From IMG/VR virus record IMGVR_UViG_3300028384_000991, positions 92,564-156,563 of that record: a stretch of 64,000 bases of DNA; one strand, 5' to 3'. Source of the stretch: a virus. Shown one piece after another: positions 46,801-53,337 of this stretch. The stretch's first letter is position 1, and the number at the start of each line of letters is the position of its first letter. The position numbers and the translations under genes are program-made. A model generated the notes under the pieces. That model did not search any database and had not been told where the DNA came from. It saw nothing but the letters and a program-made list of their open reading frames with translations.

Positions 46801-47531
46801 GCATCGCCTGCTGTTGGGTGCAAACTCAATTGGTTAGCATTTACAAATCTTACATAATAAACTGTGTTGTCTGTAAGTTCTGGAGCCGCACTACCTCCAC
46901 TTACTTCGTACTTGAAAGGTGTTCCGTTAATATTATGATCAAAACCATGTCCTGCAACAATTAAATTATTGTTGATGAAACTACCAATTGTAAGAGTGTA
47001 CTCAGAACCATCAGCAGGTTCTGATCTCATTCTGTTTGCAGTAAAACGTTTCTGATAACTTACATCATTGTATTTTTTATCAGCAACAAGATCGCCTACT
47101 TGAATATTTGTGCTGTGAGTTGTGTTAAATGCTGTTGCTGAAGCATCAGTAATAGGACCAATGTTACCTAATGTATATTGTCCAGAGCCATCAAGGAAAC
47201 CGCCAATCTGTGGTTGTAAGTCTGAATTAATTCTACCACCACTGTTTGTAATAACAAGTTGATCTGGATCAGTGTTGTCTACAAGAATACCAGGACCACC
47301 TACAACGTTTTTCATTAACAGTGAAGAACCACTGTCGTTTGAAACTGGAATCTTGTTTGCACCTAATTCATCTGGTGTGTCTGAAAGTGCTGTAAAACGA
47401 ATTGTTCCACCTTGTCCAAATACTGCATAAAGTTCTGAAAAGTTTTCGTTAGTTTTACTAAACGCATCACGGATACTATCACCCGTTGCGTCATTTCCTT
47501 CAACACCGATATTAATCACTCGTTTTGGCAT
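40866..47531 (-). CDS. Giant tail fibre/baseplate-associated virion protein (2221 aa)
   Basis: gp9/10-like N-terminal motif; three helical repeats; C-terminal YADLAENY...GRVPV...GTVIGKAL chaperone-like domain. Confidence 0.75.
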   Translation of the reverse strand: MPKRVINIGVEGNDATGDSIRDAFSKTNENFSELYAVFGQGGTIRFTALSDTPDELGANKIPVSNDSGSSLLMKNVVGGPGILVDNTDPDQLVITNSGGRINSDLQPQIGGFLDGSGQYTLGNIGPITDASATAFNTTHSTNIQVGDLVADKKYNDVSYQKRFTANRMRSEPADGSEYTLTIGSFINNNLIVAGHGFDHNINGTPFKYEVSGGSAAPELTDNTVYYVRFVNANQLSLHPTAGDAIANTNKISANQGASGNPGGDHTLVDNDYNSALYGSYLSTEALPRSATVRRQGDDMTGPLYLHDHPGNLAGSGTPNDVDDLQAASKFYVDNSSFTSIVDLYVRTNGDDSQEFSPVGKEGRSLQFAYKTVAKACEKAEELILTAPLEPGAYVQTVTYGDGSADSVINSQSITSEHTDGVPAATLLRANKAFIQKEIVAYINQTYPDFQYNESICERDMGYIVDGLAIDIENGLNANFHAIQVGKRYYSSVSGQIARTTQLSETLAGINYGKTIINIILQNGTVAPVRNTDGITQVIDTNQTVTSTVRNAVLSKIDISTNIIENGLGTLDTTTLIEGSTVTLVVENGGAGYVDQGAPNNVDILPGKILRGKTSGALGRIVKYTRGANEDTIRVQLIEPKTFVNEERFEYGNFTNTTQICIHVESGIYYEDFPIKLPANCSIKGTDFRRCQIRPARRASQSKWINTYFYRDANFDGLELLPTNNPNAVALIQQNKEFIKDETIQFITNEIAGATPGSIWDGFTYNEAKCERDVGIILDGIAHDIKYNGNAKTYENAAKYYVGTQSLINGQEAQTAAANAFTRDLVVNTILPQAAYTPLQTVTSQTTGLSAFETGTDTRATTLMNNIIDVINNGLGNLPDLVDPRYGYHYTVDPTKAVNQGSSGSDNPGEFPNAAELIQLNKEFIVEETIAYINATYPVLTYNESKCRRDTGLIVDGLVSDLTDGGRVSSLANQAAYYKGAVSGQETETADAINYIKTIGAAVLAKTAFADSRQSTVTQNTTAQAVAESNALTNHNNLIDCVKFAFDTNYNPPKNNDEIDVFMMNDSNRIMNVTMQGHGGFAQVLDPDGQILIKSPYVQVCGSFSKSQNKQVFAGGMYIDNFTSNLTMTVVSKDDAFTLNVSSGVGSGLRQRRPETPCPFYIQGVRYQVDAVTNYDQAAGTATLFLNPTSGDGAGFQFADFTDIVLQSAGNTSMLANDYTQVNDLGYGIVVNNGALTEQVSTFTYYCHAAYMANNGSQIRSLNGSNSNGNYGLVAAGSDPNEVIDQITLVEKMVQTARVYDDGAGIINEAGKNIVYVYDVDYIPTNISEIEIDHGGSTGIVRYEVASIQTTSETPVAGASRNGNIYKLNISGNDGLALALSNNQKVIIRQLQNFVFDNLEETAVIRPSTAIVFDEQDDFTYRTIAFNGTDAVGQALPGANQQLVTFDSNYDYIRMIVNQDYVSDTTYAPSGTQGATAGDTVIAITTLTEQSEINRLNNGDMLFAWDGKTHRILSYSQKADYGLITIEDVSDINDAALGDTIVAAGLNTPVSSTDAITLRVGLANGENAGLTVNISVARATGHDFNDIGSGGFNTSNYPSKIFGAPQEPQQANEVQERDKGRVFYVSTDQDGFFRVGRFFTVDQGTGRVTFAASIALSNLDGIGFKRGVVITEFSSDDGMTDNAVDSVPTESAVRGYINRRLGIDETSQAVTNPIGAGFIARDGSTSPTANISFSNNNLTALGDPGDPFDATNKRYVDGRTPFGDSLMYGTGANGTRDNNDIIIWTGSNWDTATPTGYFEFTYNAADKTVATGIADGSIVNADVNAGAQIAQSKLNMQAAGVRATAAGITQGNLGLAVFDSVVFSSNNGFISIDDGQLPIEKLANIPDDSVIGRAQGDSATGDVSAIPFSTIVESGGTFTTIGAPSAIVKTHTDGSINVQALEVDSARIIDTSGTTVNFTNPSTTLFLSSQTTGGGTTNNNMIGNLNIGNAKSAESTFQNNSALAGENYIAADWTYTSFVEAPGEGDNSSTGIGIGANTGFTSADQIGFVTGGTARLVVTDTTMLPGETDVYDLGSTLKRFQNVYAISTSAQANTALYADLAENYLADADYEIGSVLIFGGEQEVTVTSMKDDTRVAGVVSEKPGYLMNAGAEGDHVTAIALQGRVPVNVVGVVRKGDMLVTASVPGYAIASQDPKVGTVIGKALQAKEDPGYGTIEAVVGRV

Positions 47532-47540
47532 ATGTTACCC

Positions 47541-47867
47541 CTAAAATCCTATTGACTCACCACAACCGCAACTTGATGTTGAAGCAGGGTTTTCTATTGT
47601 AAAGTATGATCCGAATACTTCTTTTTTATAGTCTATTGTGCTACCTATCAAATACATTATGCTGGCACTGTCCATAGCAAACTCTCCGTTGTCAAGTTTA
47701 ATAACTTCATCATCAAACTCTTTGCTATCGTCTAAAGTCCAGTCATATTTGAATCCAGCACAACCTCCGCCTTTTAAACTTAAACGCACTATTGGTTTAT
47801 TGTGTTCTTTAAGCATACTGTTCATATGCTCTACAGCGTTTGGCGTTAGTTTTACTATATCCGTCAT
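47541..47867 (-). CDS. iscA: A-type Fe-S carrier (IscA/ErpA/HesB family)
   Basis: GGGCAGFKY, NP...SCGCGES. Confidence 0.92.
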   Translation of the reverse strand: MTDIVKLTPNAVEHMNSMLKEHNKPIVRLSLKGGGCAGFKYDWTLDDSKEFDDEVIKLDNGEFAMDSASIMYLIGSTIDYKKEVFGSYFTIENPASTSSCGCGESIGF

Positions 47868-47931
47868 ACTTCCTTCTCCTATGTATTTATTATATTTTCT
47901 GTAATCCGAATGTAATTAGGTAAATAAATGT

Positions 47932-48219
47932 ATGTTTGTTAGAACAGAACAAGAAGTCAAATGGTACGTTAGAAAATCTAAAAAAGGAAAAACACACCCT
48001 TACAAGCGTGTAAAGACTGTGGTTATATTTGAGTGTGACAGTTGCCACGAAGAATTTAAGCGTGACAAGGGCAAAGTTGATTCTAAAAGATTAGATAATT
48101 CATACAACCATGTGTGTCCAAGTTGCGATCCTAAACGCTTCGCTCAAAAGAAAGGCGTCGAACAAAGACGCAAGTTGAACACAACGGTTGATGTTTTAAT
48201 GACTATTGATCAATTATAA
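47932..48219 (+). CDS. Small basic Zn-finger-like protein
   Basis: CDSC...HVCPSC; TAAATA 5 nt upstream. Confidence 0.7.
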   Translation: MFVRTEQEVKWYVRKSKKGKTHPYKRVKTVVIFECDSCHEEFKRDKGKVDSKRLDNSYNHVCPSCDPKRFAQKKGVEQRRKLNTTVDVLMTIDQL

Positions 48220-48393
48220 TTACTCAGACTTCCAAATAGTCCAAGCACCATATGCGATTGCCGCATATGCAAGTAGTCCTGCTAAGGGTTTAGCAATCAG
48301 CACAACGATACCTAATGCAATAAGCATTGCACCGTCCCAAGATGTTCTCTCTGTGAAACGCTTTGCTACCCAGCCTTTAAATTTGTCTAACAT
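48220..48393 (-). CDS. 57-aa membrane protein (not in ORF track)
   Basis: MLDKFKGWVAKRFTERTSWDGAMLIALG...AWTIWKSE with AAGGAG SD. Confidence 0.7.
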   Translation of the reverse strand: MLDKFKGWVAKRFTERTSWDGAMLIALGIVVLIAKPLAGLLAYAAIAYGAWTIWKSE

Positions 48394-48404
48394 ATTCTTC
48401 TCCT

Positions 48405-48644
48405 TTACTTATTAAGTGACTTCATATGTTTGTGTAACTCGTTCACTAACTTATCTTTAGTAAGTCTGCGATCAAGTTCGATACCATGTTTTCTGCCCAT
48501 TTGCTCTAACTTAACTTTAGTTTCTTTTTTAAGTTCTGCTTTTGAAGGTACAAGAATTAATGGTTTCTTTTTCGCTACGTGATCAGAAAGTTTTTGAGTT
48601 TTTTCTTCACCCGCGCCGAAAATCTTTTTAATCCAATTTAACAC
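48405..48644 (-). CDS. Basic protein with Rho-N/HeH-like motif
   Basis: TKVKLEQMGRKHGIELDRRLTKDKLVNEL. Confidence 0.6.
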   Translation of the reverse strand: MLNWIKKIFGAGEEKTQKLSDHVAKKKPLILVPSKAELKKETKVKLEQMGRKHGIELDRRLTKDKLVNELHKHMKSLNK

Positions 48645-48645
48645 G

Positions 48646-49194
48646 TTATTCTCCTTTTGTAAGTGTAATTACTCCACAGGCAAGTCTATCGCCTGCATTT
48701 CCGGTTTCTAATGATTCTGCATCTCCGCCTTTTCCGAGGTCGTCTTCGTTTTCATGTATGACTATTGCTCTGCCTACGATGCTTCTTTCGCCTATCAAAT
48801 CAATTCTTTTTGCTTGAATTGTGAACTCAGCGATCCCGTCTGAGTTTGCTTGAACATTGCCCAAATCACCGACATGGCCGTTTTCGAGATCGCCATGCTC
48901 CACACTATCGGGGTTGTAATGGCTTCCAGCACTTTCACAACCGTTGGATAGGTCTCCGTATTCATGGACATGAAAACCATGAAGTCCTTCTTTCAAACCA
49001 GTTATTCTACCCTTTATAAGTGTAGCAGTGCCTGGCTTTTGCATGAATAAAATAGTGCCTTTAACAGTATCTGAATGGACTAAGTCACATACAGCCGTAA
49101 CTGCTTCTTCTGCTTCTACTATTTGTTTCAGGCTTTCACACTGACAAGTTCTTGAGCGTGTTCTTTTACAATCTGTGAGTTGTCTAAATCGCAT
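48646..49194 (-). CDS. sodC: Cu/Zn superoxide dismutase with CTS-like N-terminal extension
   Basis: GFHVHE, GC.SAGSHYNP, HVGDLGN, VIHE..DDLG, GNAGDRLACG. Confidence 0.93.
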   Translation of the reverse strand: MRFRQLTDCKRTRSRTCQCESLKQIVEAEEAVTAVCDLVHSDTVKGTILFMQKPGTATLIKGRITGLKEGLHGFHVHEYGDLSNGCESAGSHYNPDSVEHGDLENGHVGDLGNVQANSDGIAEFTIQAKRIDLIGERSIVGRAIVIHENEDDLGKGGDAESLETGNAGDRLACGVITLTKGE

Positions 49195-50121
49195 ACAGTA
49201 TTTAGCCCATAATCGTGTAGTCTAATGCTGGCAAGGTTCTTAGCCTTAGACTCGACCATAATATCTGCACGATCGTTAAATGATAGAGCCCAGTCATTAA
49301 CTGCTGAATTCCACATAAAATCACTGTGAGCACGAAGTTTTGCTTTCTTGTAACCCTGCATTAGCAGATATTCCATGTCTGGTAATTCGTTGTTAGGCCA
49401 TTCTGTAAGTAGATCTTCACGTGATACTGAGTAATGAATAACAGGACGCACACCACGCCATGATTCAATCACGCGGTCAAATCTACGGTCGGTTGGTAGA
49501 ATGTATTCTCCTGTACGCACCCAGTGATGGTGTATGTCAAGAACGAGTGCGACGTGCTTTTCAAGTTCGAGACTTGCGTCGAGTCCCCAGGACATTTCGT
49601 CAATTGCATTTAAAGTCTTGAAATGAGTTGCCGTATCCCATCCACCTGATGACATCCACATGATATTCAAACTCCTCTATACTTCTATTTACAATATCAG
49701 GATTATCTGACGCAAGTACAGTAAACTGACCAGGGTGCATAGACAACCTAACATCAAGTTCACGAGCCGTTGCGCCGACGTGAGCGAAGTGCTTCTCACA
49801 ATATTGTCGTACATCAGGCTTGCGCCAGAAGTAAGACCAAGTAGGCTCAGTATAAACAGGTAGTACGTCACTTCCCAACCTAACCATTCTAAGTTCATTT
49901 GGTAAACTCCCTACGTATCTAATCAAGTTCTCATATGACTTGATATTGTGGACCATGATATCCCAAAGTCTTTGTTCAGCAACTTCACGTGTTTGTCTAT
50001 TAAGCCAAGCAACAGTTGTTGAACGTGTGTTAAGCGGACGCTGAATCTCCTCAAGAAGTTTCTTCTTCTGAGTTTGATCAGGGTGCATATACTTACAAGC
50101 AAAACCAATACGTTTAATCAT
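49128..50121 (-). pseudogene. uvsE: UV-damage endonuclease UvsE, disrupted by a frameshifting deletion at about 49600
   Basis: IGFACK, RLGSD, SMHPGQF in one frame ending FKCN-stop; DEMSWG, LDIHHHW, HYS, RAHSD, MVESKAK in another frame. Confidence 0.8.
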
Positions 50122-50818
50122 AGTCTTTTAATATATTCCAAGTTTCTTTATAGTCTTGTATATTATAACAAAAACCTCTACCTTTGTCAAGTATAACTTT
50201 CTTTAAAGGATAGTCGTTACCTTCTGTGTGCATAGCATCACCAAAAAAGTGTAGTTCTTCATTGTCATCAAAATATTTCAAAATCTGTGATTTATCGCTA
50301 TGCTTTCTTGAAATATCAATTCCTGTTTCACCGCCAACCTTTGCATCAACATATTCGAATCTATCTTTGAGCATCTTAGCAATAGTATTACGTTCATTTG
50401 TTTGCTTATCAAATTTAGCATATAGCATACGTTCGCCTAATGTTGCATTACGTCCTACAATACTAAAATTACACATACCTGGACGATGTTCAAAATGTAG
50501 ACCAGTGCGTAGTACAAACTTGCTTTCTGTTAAAAAGCCTGTTAACCATTCGTGTACATCTTCTGGCAATGTCCAATCGTCTGTGTAAATATTCTTTTTA
50601 CTTTGCCATACATCACTACCATTACAATTAAAAACAGTATGACACATATTATAAGTGTCTTCTCCTAATTGTTCTATGGTTTTTGGTTTGTCACTTCCTG
50701 TGACTAAAGATACTTTGTTCTTACGACAAAAGTTATTAAAAAATGTTTTAAACTCTGAATTTATATTTTGTCTACTTGGTGTAAGTGTTCCGTCTACATC
50801 AAATATAAAGTGTTTCAT
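50114..50818 (-). CDS. Phosphomannomutase, HAD-IIB (PMM2/Sec53-like)
   Basis: FDVDGTLTPSR, VTGSD, FEHR.GM.NFS.VGR, GG...IDI, FFGD...GNDY. Confidence 0.85.
   Translation of the reverse strand: MKHFIFDVDGTLTPSRQNINSEFKTFFNNFCRKNKVSLVTGSDKPKTIEQLGEDTYNMCHTVFNCNGSDVWQSKKNIYTDDWTLPEDVHEWLTGFLTESKFVLRTGLHFEHRPGMCNFSIVGRNATLGERMLYAKFDKQTNERNTIAKMLKDRFEYVDAKVGGETGIDISRKHSDKSQILKYFDDNEELHFFGDAMHTEGNDYPLKKVILDKGRGFCYNIQDYKETWNILKDYD
50162..50190 (-). promoter_or_regulatory. Consensus sigma70 promoter for uvsE
   Basis: tgtcaa at 50185-50190, attata at 50162-50167. Confidence 0.75.
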
Positions 50819-51513
50819 TTCCAGTTGTCCTTGCACCATTGATCGACGCAGTTGTGTGGATGAGGTTCTCCGTGAAACACTGCGACACAGGTTTCAGGTT
50901 TAATTTTAGGTTCTCCTGGAATAACAAAATTTCTAACACCGTTGATTCGTGTCATTTCAGGTTTGCCTCGCATTTCCCATTTGTAACTTTGAATCCATTC
51001 ATCAGGCCAAAAACAAAAATCATTTCTTACTTGACTATAGATCCAATCTTGGTCTCCATGCATACGTTTTGTTGCAACAAACTGTTGCTCAACAAAATTT
51101 TTCCATACGTGATCTTGTGTACCTGACTTTAGTCTAAACACACTCGAGTTCATCTTTTTCCAGTCTGGTCTTAGGTGCCTATTAAAATCTTTACAGATAC
51201 AAAACTTATCTTCATTGTATGTAAACAAATGATCAATATTATTGAAAATAATTACATCAAGGTCGAAGTAAAGAATATTACCATTAATAGAAAGATTAGG
51301 ATCAAAGAACATAGGTTTGTACCACCATCCAGTAATCGGAAGACTTGGCAGTGGTAAAACCCTAATGCCTGCTTGTATACCTGCAGAGTTATCTGTGTAA
51401 CAAACAAATTCATATGGAACAGTGGTATTTCGTGCAACCATGTTGGCCAACACGTTTACATATTCTGCACTATATTTGTCGCCCCACTTAAGGCATACAA
51501 CATAGTTCTTCAT
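50815..51513 (-). CDS. GT-A fold glycosyltransferase
   Basis: CLKWGDKY, YFDLD (DxD), NSSV, GDQDWI, VFHGEP. Confidence 0.8.
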   Translation of the reverse strand: MKNYVVCLKWGDKYSAEYVNVLANMVARNTTVPYEFVCYTDNSAGIQAGIRVLPLPSLPITGWWYKPMFFDPNLSINGNILYFDLDVIIFNNIDHLFTYNEDKFCICKDFNRHLRPDWKKMNSSVFRLKSGTQDHVWKNFVEQQFVATKRMHGDQDWIYSQVRNDFCFWPDEWIQSYKWEMRGKPEMTRINGVRNFVIPGEPKIKPETCVAVFHGEPHPHNCVDQWCKDNWK

Positions 51514-51516
51514 TGT

Positions 51517-51966
51517 TTAACCTTCGTAGATTGCTGAATTTGCGCCGTGCTCTGCACATTCGACTTTTACACAATAACAACGATTGTTTGTCTGTTCTCT
51601 AATAAGTTTGTCAGCAAAATTAAATGCGTGTTCTGCAAACTTCTCTGCACCCACACCGTCAAAGATACGTAGTTCTGCTAAACCTTTTCTTTCAAGTTCA
51701 CGCATAGTTCTCATTTCTGGATCTGCTGAATCAACTACAACTTTGTGATCAAAACTATCTTCGAGCCATGCCTTCAAAGGTTTAAGTCCACCAAAGTCAA
51801 CTGCCCAGTTTTTGTTATCCAAATGATCACAACCAAATGTAAATGTAAATGCTAAACTGTAACCATGTAGCAAATGACAGTGTGAGTGATCTGCGTTTGG
51901 CTGTCTAAAGACTGCCGAAAGGCCAATGTTATGACCATAGTGTTTTGTGCTATAATGTTTTGCCAT
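51517..51966 (-). CDS. queD: 6-carboxy-5,6,7,8-tetrahydropterin synthase (QueD/PTPS)
   Basis: CHLLHGY, VDFGGLK, FDHK, G.EKFA, E..ANSA. Confidence 0.88.
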   Translation of the reverse strand: MAKHYSTKHYGHNIGLSAVFRQPNADHSHCHLLHGYSLAFTFTFGCDHLDNKNWAVDFGGLKPLKAWLEDSFDHKVVVDSADPEMRTMRELERKGLAELRIFDGVGAEKFAEHAFNFADKLIREQTNNRCYCVKVECAEHGANSAIYEG

Positions 51967-51972
51967 TTTTAT

Positions 51973-52020
51973 CTCCTATATAATAATGGCGGCAGAATTA
52001 GAAGGGTTGACGCCAAGTCC
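51973..52020 (-). promoter_or_regulatory. GC-rich structured 5' leader of queD, candidate pseudoknot or riboswitch-like element
   Basis: Stem UGGCG/CGCCA; loop CUUCUA complementary to SD UAGGAG. Confidence 0.4.
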
Positions 52021-52032
52021 TTTATTCTATAT

Positions 52033-52061
52033 ATTATAGAATATTTTTTATTCTTTGTCAA
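52033..52061 (-). promoter_or_regulatory. Consensus sigma70 promoter for queD
   Basis: tgtcaa at 52056-52061, attata at 52033-52038, 17-nt spacer. Confidence 0.8.
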
Positions 52062-52689
52062 CCGGTAAATGTCCATAATGATGCATTTTGGCGGCTACAA
52101 GAGGAATTAGTTTTTTACGCATTGTATTGAAACTTACAGTAATTCTTTTGTCTGTTGGATTTGGATCAGTTCTGTGTTCAAGCCAACTTGGAAAAATCAA
52201 CAGCAATCCTGTGCGTGGCATACAACTTGCAAAATAACTGCTGTATGGATTTTGATTTTCAAACACGTCATTCATTCTTAAAGGACGCAAAGGTGATTCA
52301 AAAATTAGTGGACAACTGCCTTCATCAACATATGGATAGAATGCGCCACTAACAACACTACCTTCGTGCCTGTGTTTATCAACGTGTCCGTCTTTGCCTA
52401 AAACATTAAACCAACTTGTGCCTAAGATACTTTCTTCAAGTCCTGCATCTTGGCAGTATAAATCAATACAATTTTGTATATCTGCTCTTAATTTTTTTAG
52501 TTCTGGATTGAACAGAAATTCTTCGTCACCGTTAATAAAACTGCTGGTGCCTCCAATGATTAATCCATGGTCACCAGTTTCGTAGTTTTCAATTATTTCT
52601 AAACACTTTTTAATTTCACTATGATCGCTTAGATCAAATGCACTTACAAGTGTAGGAAATAGTGATAGATTTTCTTGGTTATACATCAC
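52048..52689 (-). CDS. Putative 2OG-Fe(II) oxygenase
   Basis: LFPT, SWFN, HRH, SGAFY, FPSWLEH, RITVSFN. Confidence 0.85.
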   Translation of the reverse strand: MMYNQENLSLFPTLVSAFDLSDHSEIKKCLEIIENYETGDHGLIIGGTSSFINGDEEFLFNPELKKLRADIQNCIDLYCQDAGLEESILGTSWFNVLGKDGHVDKHRHEGSVVSGAFYPYVDEGSCPLIFESPLRPLRMNDVFENQNPYSSYFASCMPRTGLLLIFPSWLEHRTDPNPTDKRITVSFNTMRKKLIPLVAAKMHHYGHLPVDKE

Positions 52690-53293
52690 TATAGTTTAAC
52701 ATCTCTTTGAACTGTGTCAAGTTATAAAATGATACATTTTCCATTTTCCAACTGTCGGGCATTTTCCATCCTTCTTGATTAAAGATTCTAAATTGTTTGT
52801 CGGAATATCTTTCAAATAGTTTTGAAATTTGATGAATCCAGAAACTTGGGTCTACTGCACGAGAATCTGCACTTTCGTAATTTGGTGTACCTTTGTAGAT
52901 ATTGTTTACAGTATTAGTTTTGCTGTGTAAGTCGAATCCTAACAAATCTATAGTTTCGTCACCTTTTGATAAAAGACAACCTATAAAAACAGCATACGGT
53001 CCACTGCCCCAATGAAATGGCTGATCCTTTTTTTGATCAGTTGAATACCAAAGTGGTGGAACAGCATTTATATTGTGCTTACCTGCAAATTCATCCTGCC
53101 AATCAGTTCTTGTCCAAATTCCTGATTTAAGATTAACGTATTTCTTAACTACTTCACGTACCATGCGTCTGTCACAACATACAATATGTCGTACTTTCGC
53201 TTCTCTGAAAATAGCATTACAGCCTACTTTTACGCAGTCTATATTATCTAATTTAATGCCTTTACGGCTTTCTCCGTTACCAATTATGAGCAT
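52679..53293 (-). CDS. Rossmann-like protein (Maf/MptE/sialyltransferase-like signature)
   Basis: IIGNGESR, GCNA, SGPYA, LLGFD. Confidence 0.5.
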   Translation of the reverse strand: MLIIGNGESRKGIKLDNIDCVKVGCNAIFREAKVRHIVCCDRRMVREVVKKYVNLKSGIWTRTDWQDEFAGKHNINAVPPLWYSTDQKKDQPFHWGSGPYAVFIGCLLSKGDETIDLLGFDLHSKTNTVNNIYKGTPNYESADSRAVDPSFWIHQISKLFERYSDKQFRIFNQEGWKMPDSWKMENVSFYNLTQFKEMLNYSDV

Positions 53294-53296
53294 ACG

Positions 53297-53311
53297 GTAT
53301 TTAATAAATAC
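53297..53311. promoter_or_regulatory. Palindromic divergent late-promoter pair GTATTTA-A-TAAATAC
   Basis: Inverted TAAATA motifs between divergent genes. Confidence 0.6.
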
Positions 53312-53337
53312 ATATAACGATAGGAAAAATACTGGCT

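Noticed and set aside
49595-49615. Programmed frameshift or TGA readthrough in uvsE at TTTAAAT
   Set aside because: The heptamer is out of phase for -1 slippage, the needed shift is +1, and conserved residues are missing in every frame.
51973-52020. Calling the queD leader a canonical preQ1-I riboswitch
   Set aside because: Loop length and 3' tail differ from the class I consensus; kept only as an unclassified candidate.
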